The notes: generated by a model not told the origin, from the sequence alone. Counted from the stretch's first letter, positions 32,385 through 46,487 are shown. The stretch is DNA of 64,000 nucleotides from Asterias rubens (GCF_902459465.1 NC_047081.1:310001-374000); one strand, 5' to 3'. Program-made: numbers and translations.

Positions 32385-32822
32385 AGTTGTCTAGAGCCAA
32401 CCTCAACGTGGTCATTTATTGTCCTTTACTTTGTCCTGTTACACTTACACTTTACAGGACGATGTAAAAATGACATCAACAAGGCTAGAAACAAATCTCA
32501 GGAGGTGAAATGTTATGATCTTATATCCACGTTCATTTATCATAATAATGAGCTGTCGAAAGTACTAAATGGAATAGGAGATATTGATTGTTAAATAAAC
32601 AAAAAGTGTTTCTGGTTTTATAAATCAATGAGGAGTTGTTTATTTCTAACCAGGCTCTAAATATATTTAAAATATTTATAGGCCCTATTGAAATAATAAG
32701 AACAAATTCAAAACAGAACTTTGATCATAGTAAAAAGGTTCCTCATTCCATGAAACCTTTTCAAACTAACAAAAGATCTGAAGGGGAGGGGGGGGGGGGG
32801 TGCAAAAATAAACAAATGTTAC

Positions 32823-33183
32823 CCACATTGACAGAATGCTCGATAGAATTCGTTCTGCTTCCTCGCCATTCTGCGGCAGGGTATGAGACGGGGTCCTCTG
32901 GCCTGTCTTAGCCGATCTTGAAGACCCAATCCGCTTTCTCGGTAGTGTCAAGGATCGACATCCGATGCTTGGTGCCGAACTCGCCGATGAATTGGCCGAG
33001 GTTTTTCGGTTGCGTGTCAAGCGCGGGTTGGCAGACCGGGTCCTAGTGATCTCGCATGAGGGTTGGATTACGGGTGGGGTCTGCGTAGCGATGCTTAGCT
33101 GGATCGACGAGGGAGTTCTGGTAAGCTGGGGCGGTTGGAAGGCCAACATCGGAGACGGGTGAGTGTGGCTTAAACCGTTCTCC
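32823..33183 (-). CDS. Ser/Thr/Pro/Arg-rich coding-like exon, possibly an upstream FAM149 exon
   Basis: A GC-rich 361-nt segment between acceptor ttgttcag and donor GTAACA. It is open in one frame (ENGLSHTHPSPMLAFQPPQ...SLTLPRKRIG...ILSMW), and the other two frames contain stops. It does not splice directly in frame to the FAM149 exon at 26834. Confidence 0.5.
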
Positions 33184-34297
33184 CTGAACAAGTCTCTTCA
33201 CACTGAGAAGTCAACATCTTGTGAAATGAATAATTCTGCTTCTTATAAAGACGACAACGTCGTTTTATCCTCTCAAGTGGTATGCTGACAAGTACTGATG
33301 TTTTCACAATCCCGTCAGAAAATATTGCTTCTCGGAAATGAAAAAAACCTTCTCTACTAAGAACCCAACAAGAATAATGTTTCACAAATCAGAGAAATGA
33401 AGCGTTTGCCTGAGAAAACTCAACTCTTTCGTAGAAAATTATTCTCTGGTGTGGTTCTGAGAAAGACTTGCTAACTGCACAACAAAATAACATCTAAGGA
33501 GGTCGAAGACCGATGCCAGCGTGTCTTCAGGATGAGACAACAATAGGAAAACAGTCAACACTTACAAGTTGTCCGAAAAAAGCCAAGCATTTCATCAACA
33601 GTAATCTGAACTCCGTTGAGACTCCTCATTCACCAGTTTCTATAGCGATGTTTTTTAACTCCATGAAAATTCCATGGCAACCAATCAAAACACAAATCAA
33701 CAAGACACAAAAGGGGGTTTAACCAGGAAAACAGGTTGCCACAGTGTTATCTGCAACATAAGATCCCTGTCACCCTCTCTGTGTATTTGTCACTGTCGCT
33801 AAATGAGAGGGGGAGTCAAGCAGGTCACATGACCTTGTGGATCATATCACATGACCTCATCTGTTTTTCTCCTCTGTATGGTGATACGGGAAATAATTGC
33901 CGTTATCAAAATGGAATTCACATAGCCTCTTGCACAAGGCTGAATGACTGTTGAAATTATTCGAAGTGTTGAAATTATTCAAAGTCTAATGATGAGTGTT
34001 GTATGAAGGTAGCCATCCATCACACTGTGTAGTCTCTGTTCAAGAGTGATTTACTACACACCTAAGACACAGCTCAAAACAGAATCCTCAAGTCTGAAAT
34101 AAGATGTTTCCAAATCAATGTGTTATCTTTAACATCATCACACACGAGATGAGACACAATCTAAGATACGACACACTGCATTCAATCCCCCTAACATAGA
34201 TTCCTCCTGTAGTCTTGCAGAAGGCCCCAATTATACATCGTTGACAAGAACAGCTTTCAACTCAATTGCTATTCTCTGATCCCATGCCATCTTCCTG

Positions 34298-34378
34298 CTT
34301 GTCGCTACCACACACAGCTAGCCCATCATAATGTCAACTTGTCGCTACCACACACAGCTAGCCCATCATAATGTCAAC
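34298..34378. repeat. 40-bp tandem duplication
   Basis: CTTGTCGCTACCACACACAGCTAGCCCATCATAATGTCAA occurs twice. Confidence 0.85.
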
Positions 34379-34901
34379 ATCTCATGTTGTACAGTATATA
34401 TGACAATGATGAGTTGTGTAGATTGACTGTGTATTACGTAGACCAGAAGGAGGATCTACGTTACACTTTAGCCCTGCAGCATTCAACTGTGGTGTCATTA
34501 CATACACAGCCTGTGCACAGTTCATCACTGACGAGGCAGGCAGGCAATGCACTTGCCATGCACATGTTCATATGGTTTATGAGGTTTATGAGCACTGCAA
34601 TGCCCACCCAGTGCTTTAGATAACACACATGTAGAGTACTGCTTCGTTTATAGTTGAAGGAAGAGCTATGAAGCACAAGTTAGTTTGCATTTTTTAGAAG
34701 AGAAGCAGGCCTTATGCCTTGGTGCCCTTGAAATGATCTGCAGTAGTAATTTACAATGTCCCAGGAGAAAATGCCTGGTTGTCCTTGCCCGTTCAAAAAC
34801 AAAGCATACAGGCTTGAAATTTGATAAAATATCTTGATAACATGTTGATAACAGCTTAGCTCAAGTTTTTACAGGAAACAACATTTTTGCCAGGCCTTTA
34901 A

Positions 34902-35269
34902 AGCCATTGGACCCTTTCGGTGCAGAAAAAAAAAAAAAAAAGTTCACAGATTTACAAATAACTTACAGGATTTACAGAAGGTAGTGGTGAAAGACTTCCC
35001 TTGAAATATTATTCCATGAAATGCTTCACTTTTTGAGAAAACAGTAAAACAATATCAATTCTCGTTAGCGAGAATTACGGATTTATTTTAAACACATGTC
35101 ATGACATGGCGAAACGCGCGGATACACGGGTGGGTTTTCCCGTTATTTTCTCCAGACTCCGATGACCGATTGAGCCTAAATTTTCACAGGTTTGTTATTT
35201 GATATAGAAGTTGTGATACACGAAGGCTGGGCCTTGGACAATACTGTTTACCGAAAGGGTCCAATGGCT
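34902..35269. mobile_element. Non-autonomous DNA transposon with TTAA target duplication (Kolobok-like), second subfamily
   Basis: TTAA|AGCCATTGGACCCTTTCGGT...ACCGAAAGGGTCCAATGGCT|TTAA. It shares the internal CGATGACCGATTGAGC..AAATTTTCACAG.TTTGTTATTT block with 18945-19321. Confidence 0.8.
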
Positions 35270-38200
35270 TTAATGCGAAACCACACATGGAAAGTAGAAT
35301 TCACACATATCTGATCAATTGGCCATATATCATTCAGATAGAAACCATAAACTCGGGAAAGGTTTCTCCACAATTTATCAAGACATCCTTGAGATCCTCA
35401 TGCGGTAGAAACGCCAGCCCGTAAGACGTTGTGCCAATCATTAATAAAGCCAGCCATCCTTGGGCAGGATAATTAATGTGCCACCGATTGCAACGCCCAA
35501 CGAATGTCTTCAACGATTCTTCAGCTGTAGAAAATTGGTCCCTCAGAGAAAAGTAATTATATTGAGAGATACAGTATGTGGATTTTGACTGATTTGGATT
35601 CCGTGAAAATTCTTATCAATTCTTGCCCGCCTGGTCAGGAAAAGAAACTGCGTTGCTAAGTTTAATAGCTTCATGAATACCCTATAGTTTATCCCAAAAG
35701 GACGAGTGGAATAGCGACTTATTCTTAATTTTGCAACCAAAGAATTTCTAAATAAAATTGAAAGCTTTTCCATTCCAGACCTCCTCCTGCAAACCTTAGC
35801 ATAAAAGGAAAGAAATATTTAAAATTCTTGTGAAATATATTTCCGGTTCAGTGATAGTGCTGGGCTATAAAAACCTGTAGAGATTTTCTTTGTAACTAGA
35901 GACTTGACTACATTGCATTTTATGTATGCTTTCCAGCTGTTCGGAATATATCACAATATTGTCCAAAGACCCTCCAGCTTTAATCACACAAGCTACACTT
36001 TCATTCTTTAGTATCTCCACAATTGGCAAACTGTGGGCCAAAATGTTGCAGTGTAATATCATCTGCTTACAGTTAATGACCAGTTGTTGCCCGATTATTG
36101 ATGTCGAAAATGCTCTTTCATTATTTCCACAGGCAAGCCCCTGGGTCACTTGTAAATTATTTTTTTTAAGCTAGATTGTTTTGATAATGCATGGGGATGC
36201 GAGATGCATTTCAGAGTCAATAATAGAATGCAGCGCTGTCAACATTTGCATCTTGCAATCAGGGAGATTAGTCACAACAATCAGGGAGACATTTAGAATT
36301 ACATTTATTCTAAACTACAGTAGACTAGAGACAACGTTTCAATAATCAGGGAGATTTTCAAACTTGTTCATCAGAAGATGGAATGTTTGGTTTGTTTTGT
36401 AGAAAACCTTCGGCAGAATCAGGAAGATTTGGCAACTTCCAATAAATTGGATGGTATCCCATTTTCTTATAATAAAGGAAATAGCTTACATCTGGTATAT
36501 AAAGAATACTCTTCAATTTTGTTTACCTAGATACATCGATAATTAAGCACTTTGACATTAAGCAATATGATATTAAGAACTATGATATTGAAGACGATTA
36601 TAATAAATGGCCTACATCAGTGACAATCATCTGTCTGTTTCTCCCCTCATCTTGTTATGATGTTGCCATAGCGATACTTAACACATTATTTTTACTCCAA
36701 TGAACATCACATCTCCTACTTTGGTATCCATAGTGATATGGATCTGGGATGTATCGATGGAGAAATTACGCAGTGAGGCAAGAACTTCATTTCAACAACA
36801 ACAAAACTGGGCGGTAATTGCAAGGAGTAAAACTCTATTATTTAAAGGAAGAAAAAGAAGTCAAGGAGATATCTGTAAACAACTTCAACTCGGACCATAT
36901 TGTGAAATATGAAGGCAAGATCGGCCCATGACCCTGGTCACAGCCTTGGTGCCCTTAGAAATGCAGCCATGATATGCCACAAAGACAAGAGGCAATTGCC
37001 TTAGTCATGTTGGTGCCCCTTCAAACTGTTCAGTCCAGTACATTTCGCTCTTAGACAGCTGCCCTTGAACAATTTAAAACTGCCCGCCCTCATAAGAACA
37101 AAATATCACACTTAGAAACTTTCCAGTAGAAGTAAAGACGTGCCCTTCACTCAAGAAAAAAAATCTCAAACTAAGGCGTCCAAACAAGGCTAAGGAAAAT
37201 TGCTGATTTATGTACCTTTCCCAGCAGTACGGGAATGCAACATTACACCAGAGTGTTCAATATCACACTCAAAAGCACATTAGTAGCTGTCAGGTAATTT
37301 ATAGCTCCGTCCAATGTCAAACAATTGAAGGGAGAGTGACAATATAATTATAGGCTGTGTGTGTGTTCAGGATGTTTGGACTTGACTGCAAAGTAAGATT
37401 GATAAATAATACCTTTGGCAATCAATCACGATAATACTTACATTTGTACTCAAGTAATGACAATTGTAAGTATTTATGTGGTATTAATTTGGGTCTAGCG
37501 TATTTCCAACGGGAAGAATAAATGGACGAACATCAGCGAACACGATTGATCATAATGCACAGTATTCAATTGACTTTCAAAGTCTACAAAAACTATTAAC
37601 TGAAGTATCGTGTTACCAAATGCACTCAAAAAGAAGAACATCTCCAACACTAACAACCTCACATGCAGGCTAATAACATATCTTGTTAAAATTGTTTGAA
37701 ATCATGTCATGCAGTGCCTAAGCACAAGAAATAATTGTGCTTAACAGAATACAGTTACAAACCAAACTATCAAGTCACATTGTGACTGGGTTCCTGCTCA
37801 TTTGTGCTGAGCAGACATTTAGTAGCAATATTATATGTTAAGGCAGCTGTATGGAATAAGGTCCAGCTATTAAATTAAAACAGACTGCATTTCTTCATCT
37901 AGCCTTTGACATTCCACTGTAAGAGATGCTACCAAGGTTGATTCCTTGCAGTTTGCCAGAGGGAATTTGAACGACAATGGACTTAAAAATCCGATGAGCT
38001 TGACCTTCCTAAGTTCTGGATTGAAAGGTCAAGAGTTGGGATTGCTGTTGCTAGGCAACAATCAAACAGAGTATTAACAATGTCATCTCCGTGGATGATA
38101 AAAGCAGATGTATTTTGTTAATGTTTCGTGTCTTTTGTGTGGCGGTCAGGCAGAACTGAATGTTTGCTTTTAACTCTGAATACATTGAGCTCAATGTGGA

Positions 38201-39684
38201 CACAATGATAAATAATTTGTAGAATTATAATTTTATTCTGAATATCATTAGTGGTCAACTAATGGAAGCTAACTCTGTGGACAGGGGTCAACATTTCAGC
38301 ACATGTGTAGTCCAGTTGGCCAATACACCTTGATGTTTTCTGAATCAGTTTTTGTTTACAAAAATTATTAAATTTTAAACTATTGTTTTTTGTTTTAATA
38401 TGAAAACATTTCAGTCTGTTAGGCCTATATTTTCCCCTTTGTAGTTGTTGTTTCCTTTAGGTACCAATTGTTTTTGGATAATTATCACAAAACACCCAGA
38501 CATTGCTAATTTCTTTAATCACATTTTTTAAGTACAAATTTTCATAAAAAACATGAAACAGATAGTTTAGTCTTGTGTTTAGAAGTTGGGATACTACCTT
38601 TAAAAAAATACTACCTCTACCTTAAAAGCAATTGGAATGGTAACCTGTTTGGACACTAAAATCTAAAACCTCTCTCTGTCATTTGAATGGTAAAGACACC
38701 ATGCTTGTCTTAGTTCTAGAGTCTGTCCTACAATTTACCTGAAACCCTACAATGAAACAAACCTCTGCCCTTATCATATATTAACAACCCATCTACCACT
38801 GACATTGACATTGTTTGATTACATCAAGCGAGATGTAGAGATCGAAAAGGACTAATTAGTATTGCTGAGTGGCGCAGGAGGGGGGGGGGGGGGTCATGCG
38901 CTAGATCACAATACAGCTACAGATCCATGGTCGCTTGGCAACCATGGATCTGATAAATAATGACAAAGATATTACATTACAACTTCAGAGCAGATGTTCA
39001 CAGAAGGACCTGGGAACAGTTTCACTAAGCTGTTTAAGCAGAATTTACGAAGCAAACATAGAAAGGGTAAATTTGGTTGGTTAACTATTTATGCTGAGCA
39101 AGCTTTTCTGTAATAAGCATTATTTTTTTTAGTATGAACGGACCAGGGCCTACTTTTATAGAGCTGAAATTTGTCAAGTAAAGTTATAAATAGAAAAGGA
39201 CCAGTTCCGCTATCAATTTTGAAGCAATTGTTTGAAAACTTGTCAGTGAATGAGCAAATTTTCAATTGCCTCAATAAAGCAGGAATATATTATTTGTTCA
39301 CAATGCAGTTTCCCATACACGTTTCCCTGTTTCCTGCTTCAACTTTCCTTTCTTGGCCAAACTCAAACACAAACACAAGAGGGCTCACTCTCACAATCAC
39401 AAGCCTTACAGATATTTTTGTCATTCTTTTAATGAGTAAATATTAACCGACACTGAAATAGTGGTGCAAGCCTATTGAGGGCACTGTTGATCTTAACATC
39501 AATCCTACACGCCAGTACTAATTGCATTCTTTTAATTCACTGTTGTTTCTCTAAACGCTTTACTATCGAAAACTGATTTACTTCGAGCCAAGTAAGTTTT
39601 CATTGGCATTTACTTTATGAGTGATTGTCAAACATACCTTCCCTTTAAAACAGAAATCTTTAGGGTGTGCCACAACGAGGGCTA

Positions 39685-39805
39685 GGGGTGGATTTCACAA
39701 ATATTTAAGACTAGTTATTTCTTGAGTTCGGACGATGAACTTGTCTTTACTTTAGGACTAGTTGTCAGAATTTCTCTAGTTCCAACTCTTTGTGAAATCC
39801 ACCCC
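39685..39805. mobile_element. MITE with GGGGTGGATTTCACAAA termini
   Basis: Perfect 17-bp TIR GGGGTGGATTTCACAAA / TTTGTGAAATCCACCCC. A related copy lies at 62713-62840 and a right end near 18465-18495. Confidence 0.75.
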
Positions 39806-42800
39806 AGGTCTTGCATCTCAAGTGATTGTAGTTTTGCTTCTTTCAAGAAAATCAGAACATGAAGAGACAAAAAGATCAATGAAAAATCCTACATCAGGAA
39901 AAAACCACTTACTTATCACACGCCTGCATAACGCATCAATCAAACTAGCAACTCTACAGTTTAGTTTCTTACATAATAATGCGTTTATCATCTAAGTCAA
40001 TCTCTGATTATTCCGAAAAGTATACACAACACAAGGCTACTAGAGAAGCGGAAAAATCACTGCTACCGGGTTTCAAAATATTGTTTTGTCAAAACAAACC
40101 TTCGCTTGATCACAGATTTATCTTTCTGGGACTCGCTACACAGTAAACACTCAATCCATTTAGGACGTATAAAGCTGGACATAAAAGAGTTTGCTTACAG
40201 AGCATCAATCCTCCGGAAACCAGTTGTCTGGCTCTGTCTACTTTACGACAAGTAGGATTAGACTTTCAGTTCACCACTTGAGCTGTCTCAAGAAGTTTTT
40301 TATTAAAATTTGAGGAGAGATTTTCTTCTGGGTAAATACCAGAAAATGGCGGGATTAACGAGTTACCACAAACTGAGATAATCCAAAAGGCCCTGGAATG
40401 GGTGGACTTATACGGCCTAGATTAAACTCAAGGTAGGGGGGTGAATGCAGAGGATTGAAGTAGGGTCTGCTGAATGTCCAAATATTTAACCCAGGGGGCG
40501 GAGGATGGCAAGAGACCCCGTTCACAGCAACCCACTCAGATCCACTGTCCTCTCCTCTTTGCCCCCCCCCCCCCGTCCCCCCCCCAAAAAAAAAAAAAGA
40601 ATGCGAGGAAACAATTAAGAAAACACCCTCCCCCCTCAAAAAAAAATAAAATAAAATTCTGCTCACTTCACTGCAAGTAATACACAACCAAAATATCTTA
40701 CTGTACCATCACTTGTCCAAAATTAGAGACCTGCTTTAAAAAATGCCAGTAAACTGTAAGAGTTTCTATTATCCGAGTTCCCAAATCTGAAATGCGTATT
40801 CTGCTTGTAGTCAATAGTAATTATCAGCATGTGGTGTCTTCGACACTACTATAGTTTCCTCGTACCATACTCCTACAAAGAGATCTATTCTAACATGGGG
40901 ATCTAATTTGAAGCCATCCAATCGTTGGTCCGCAGGGAGGCTGCGTTTGCTAAACACCTCTGACGACAGAGATTAACCATGGAGGCACAGATAGTTGTAG
41001 ACAGGCTCCATTGCCAGTTGCTGGATGATGGATGTCCAGTAATCCCCAAGACCTCCTCCCTTAATCCCCTTTTGAGGGGTACAACCCCGGAGGTCATCGC
41101 TAATCCTCTGAAAACTTTGCGAAGCGATCCAAAGTCCTTCAGAAGTTGTAGTACTTTCAGCACCCCATTTCTCAATAATAAGCTACCAAGTAAAAATCTA
41201 CTGTGCGATCATAGAATAAAGCAAAACAAGTTCACAACCAGCAGGTACATGTTTAGACATGGTGTTGTTGCCATGGAAAAAGATACCTGTTAACTTCCCA
41301 TGCAATGCCTCAAAACATGAGCCACCAAGTTTTTTTTTTTACATAGCATTTTGCACTGTATGCTATGTGAGTTCATTTAGTTGGGTGCACCCCTATTGGA
41401 AAATAAGTTTATAACTGAACTCCTTAAGCCTATTTTATTAATTAAGCCCCTCATACCACCATTAAAGCACACCTCCCTTTAGGCCCATCCTCAGGAATAA
41501 CATCAACCTAACAGTTACTTCCTAACAGGTTTTTATGAGCTCCTGCTGGTTGCTGACCCCCACAATGGATACTGGATCTGTTTTTAGCTCACTACACAAT
41601 AAGATGAACAAAGCGCTGCAGGCATAGACCCTTTAGTTAGGCTTTTATTGATTGCTGATTTGGTAGACCTGTCCCTGGGTAACAGTTGCCTAGTTCACAC
41701 CTCCATGTGTACTGGTTACTCAAAAGGACCCCCCCCCCCTAAGAACTATTCTGAGTAACGGAAGATTATCTCCCACACTTCGGTACAAAGGACCTCAGCT
41801 ATGGGTCTTCAAATCACATAATGGCATCTCAATTGACGTCAATTAATTATATGGACATCCGAATTAATTATCTATGTGTCCTTGGTCCTATACCCTAATA
41901 GACTTTTAGAGTTGCACTGTTTTTCTTTGGCCTTTCAATTTCATTCTTAAAAGAACATGGTTTTATTAGTCCTAGATGTGCAATATATTCAATTGAGTTC
42001 CGCCTGGTTGTCAGTGTCCACAGACCACACCAACACAATCTCTGAACAAACTCATCAAAATAGGTGGCTATGTTCCAGCATTCAAAATGCAACACCCCAC
42101 CGCAGGCCCATGGCAAGTGTTTGGCAAGTAAACTCAGGAGCAGACAAGTCTGACAGTCTTGTGGTTTATCAATTTAATATCTTTCATTAAAAAAAAAGAT
42201 GTTCAAATACTCAAAATCAAAGTTTATTTACCTATGATGAAAAAGGAGATAAGTCATATCTTTGCATTTAGTCAGATAAAAACAGTTGAAACTGGTCTTG
42301 AAAACAAAATGGTCCCATACATGCATTTAAAGCTCAACAATCTTAAGTACAGGAAAATACTAAATGTTAAGTGCCTTAAGCCTCACTGAGTGACGAATAT
42401 GAACTCTATAAGAACCCACTATTATTATTATTTTTTTAAATCTCAAATGGAAAGGCGAAGGTCGTTTTGAAGTCTCATAGATTTCTCAGCGATGTGATAC
42501 CAGTGAGCCATTTACCGATAATAGGATTTAGATTTCGGCGCTCAAGTGTTCTTATTGTCAATGCAATAATCAATGAAGAATTCATTAATTATTAATATCC
42601 AAGGAATGGGGGGCTTTGTGTGGGGTCCCAGACTGGAATGGCACAAATAAGTTTATGGATGTCAACAGACTGGGTTTACAAATTTTACCTCTCTGCTTTG
42701 AGCGTTATAAAAGAAAGAAAGCAAGGAACTTATGCTTAAAGCATTCTTTGCATGCACAGCTAGTGTGAGAATAAATATGTCATGTCTTTTGGGAATTCTT

Positions 42801-45800
42801 AAAAAGGTGCCGAAGCCAAGACCAGGGCAACTAGAGGCTACAGCCTTCGTGTACTAGACAATTCCAGGCATGCATTATTTTTAAAAAGCAATTAAACAAA
42901 TGAGACTATTTTTTAAAGAGGTCCTTAGCTATTCAAACGGAACTTGGAAAGTGGGCCACTGTAAAGGAAGAACACTTGAGCGGTTGACAAGTTTCTGAAA
43001 ACTCAATTACTGCACTGCACCCGGAATGACGAACAAGACAGCAATAATGCAAGCTAGTTTGAGTATAGACTTTACAGACAAACAGTCTTTTGTGCGGTCA
43101 TTATTTGCAATTACTCTCTCATGCAACAAATGCAGGGTCTACACATGACACTCCCATAACTTTGCCAGGAGCTACCAACTAAAAGCTCTTCACGCTGCCC
43201 TGGGCCCTGTTGGTACCTCAACCATACACCATGGCCCAACGAGTACGTACACACCAAACAATTACAAGTTCCTGCAAAAGTGTACACTTAAAAGTTAATC
43301 CCCACTTTGGCAGGGTGCCCAAGATCCACTGTAGTAATCCAGCTTGTGCAATGCATATTTACCATGCCGCGAGTGTTTGCAACCAGTTTGCAGTGTAGGA
43401 TTACTTGTGTTTATTTGTATTTATTTTGCGGTATCCACAACCAACCCTTCAGTACTGCAATTTGGTATTTACTTCATAAGTAAACAAGTCAGCCACAGTG
43501 TATGATTCCTAGGCTACTTTAGGATCTTGTGTATTTTTTTTTAAATCCATGAACCTCTGACAGCACTGCCTCTATCTCTTTATTTTACTACCAAATGTGA
43601 CCCATTGCTCCTTTTAGATGCTAAAAAGCTATTGCATTACAAGATCAAAGTTTATCACACAAACATATTGGAATGAAAGACTTCATCAAGTTTCAAAATA
43701 GTTTTTTTGAGCGAGATACTTTGTGGATACAACCCCCAAGCATTCAGATCTGTTTCAAAGGTATTTCTTGATCCCATGGTCAGATGGTAAAACTCTTATC
43801 CCAGAGTTCTACCATGGAGGAATAAGGAATGTCTTATTCCTCCATGGTTCTACACTTAAACTAAACCCAAATCAACTGTCACCAGGGGCACGTTTGCACC
43901 TACTCATTGGGCTGAGGTCCAGTCCATAGGTATCATGGGCATCATCTTTGAGAAGCCTGGCTGGTAGAGCAGAATGCCTGGCTGGTAGAGCAGTTCTAAA
44001 CTGTTTGCGAAGCAATTATGGTTAAATGCCTTGCTCAGGGGCACACTCAGGCGTCATGATAGGGATTCAAACCACACACTCTGCTGACAACACCAGAGAG
44101 AATGAGTTCGGTAAACTAGATCGCTCAGCCACGACACACCTAGAAACTGGTTATAATCTGTAAATTCACAGATGTGAGATGGCCCTAGCAACTCCACCTC
44201 ATCAACAAATAAATTACACAAACAGGGGCTAATGAAGAATCAACGCAGAAGAGTTTAACAACACTCTAGACCAAGAAAACAACATTAGAACGCCAACAGA
44301 GTGTAAAATCAGTTTCTTTTCAAAAACTTCTTTTCACACCCAATGTTTACTCAACCATTCATCTCAAAAGAAAATAAATGAAACAATTTTCCAACGATAA
44401 AAGAGTGCCTACTCTGTTGAGTTAACGTTGGTTGTTGTTTGCCCATTAAGTTCACCTTAATAGTGTTGAACTTTAAAAGGGTGTAAACAGCCTATTCTTG
44501 GTTAATCAAGCTTGCCTAAAAATGACGGCCATGGAGGCTGGATACAAAATAAAATATGATCTGGAAGTCTGTAATGAAAAGTTAGATTTGATTTCAACTT
44601 TGCCAGAGGGGTGACCGTGGTTCAATATTGAGACTTTTTACTTTCTGCGATTGAGCCAGCACAGAGCGTGCTGTCTGATGTTAAGATAATAATTGTTGCA
44701 TCAGGGATAATTTTGATTTTACCCTTACAATGTGTGTTTAGTAGCATTGTATACTCAGTACTTTCAATGAGTTCAGTTTCACAGAGTCATGCTTATGTGC
44801 TAAGAGTAAACATCAACCCAAATGCCTGTAAAGGGATCAGGAGAGCAGTTGGGTAACACCTTGATGTAACCAAGCAGTCTCTCATGGCCATTTACTGTTT
44901 GATAATTGACTTTACACTTTTCAGAAACAAACATCAGGAGCCCTACCAAGGGATTACTTCATCACACTATCAAGCTCCAAATCATGCCGAGAGCTACACG
45001 GTTCTGATCCGTGCTGTTGACTTCATTCATAAATGGTTTGTGCATAGCAATTTTCTGCTAAGCAAAAATAAGCAGGAAACGAGTCACATGGTTGACATGG
45101 TTTTAGGGCTGGTAACCTTATTCTGGTAAGCAAAATTGTTTTGTAAGCAGCTTTACGAAATTGGACCCTGCTCTCTCTCAGAAGCCCCAGACTTTTCTTT
45201 GGTTTCTCATTTCAATATTCGCAGCACAGTTGTAGAAAACAAAATCAAAATATTTCAAAATAAAATTCATAAAGGACCCAAGTTCTTTTGAGCACAACAT
45301 TTGATTTACGCACTGATTATATTACGCTGTAAAGCTCCTCTGGGGCAGGTGGCTTTCTTTGTGAGACGGGGCACTTAAGCTAAATCCGCTATTTCAAAAA
45401 AACACGTTTTTAATAAAACTCTGCGCTGGCTTTGATTGATGCAGTCAATTAAGAATTCTGTCGTTTTCACACTCTTTGAAAATAAAAGGAGTTCATAGAA
45501 GTGCTATTGACATTTAGGGAATAATGGTTGGTTATTTTTCAAAAATAAAACCAGTCAACAAAACATGACTGTGATGACCTCTGACACAAAACAGTGAAAT
45601 CCTCACAAGAACGTTGCTACCTAATCAGGGTCCTAGCTATAGAGAAACGACGGTCCTTTTTTTATGCTCACACAGTGACCATCTATTGACAAGCAGATTC
45701 ACCCAAATCTTCATGAGTCGATTTGGGTGAACTGTATGGTCACTGTACACTAAAAATTACAGACTAAAGTTCAAACCTGCATGTTAGGTTGAATTTTTCA

Positions 45801-46487
45801 ACAAAATCAGCTGAAAACAAGGTCACGTACTATGCCATCTATCATCTGGGTCGACATCCCTAATTTATCTTGTATAGTCATGTGGTAGCTAAGCAACAAT
45901 AAACACTTAGATTTGTGCATTCGGTAACCTTTGGCGGCGAATCACAACCAGACAAGTGTTACAACACAGACTGGATGTAAAAAAGATTGGGTTGAACAGG
46001 CGGTCAGGTCAACCAACTAAACCCCCAGTCTGGGCAATTCTTTGATACCCCCATGTATTTGATAAACTAACCCGTCTGTGTGGTCTGGCCTGGAATTATA
46101 GAAACTTTTATTTTCCATCACAATTATGCCCTTACTCACAAAATGTGGCCCTTCCCAAAAACAAGAATGAATTTGAAATATTACAAAGTACAAACATGTC
46201 ACCAACTTGATACCCTTAGGCCCTTGTTTGAAAGGGAACTTTCTTTAACAATTGAAAACTTAGTTGACTTTTCTTGACTTAAATACTTTCACTGCACAGT
46301 GACAAAAAGTTTAGTTCTGTGGCTACTGTGTGTAAAGGCACATGAGGCAATTTACAGGCAATCAAATCCAAGTTATCGCCAATAAGAAAATTCACTTTCT
46401 CATCATTTTCTTGGGGATAGTAAGTCACAGCTAGAAGAATGTCTCATGCAATGCCGAAGTAGGCCTATTCCTTTAGCATACAATGCA

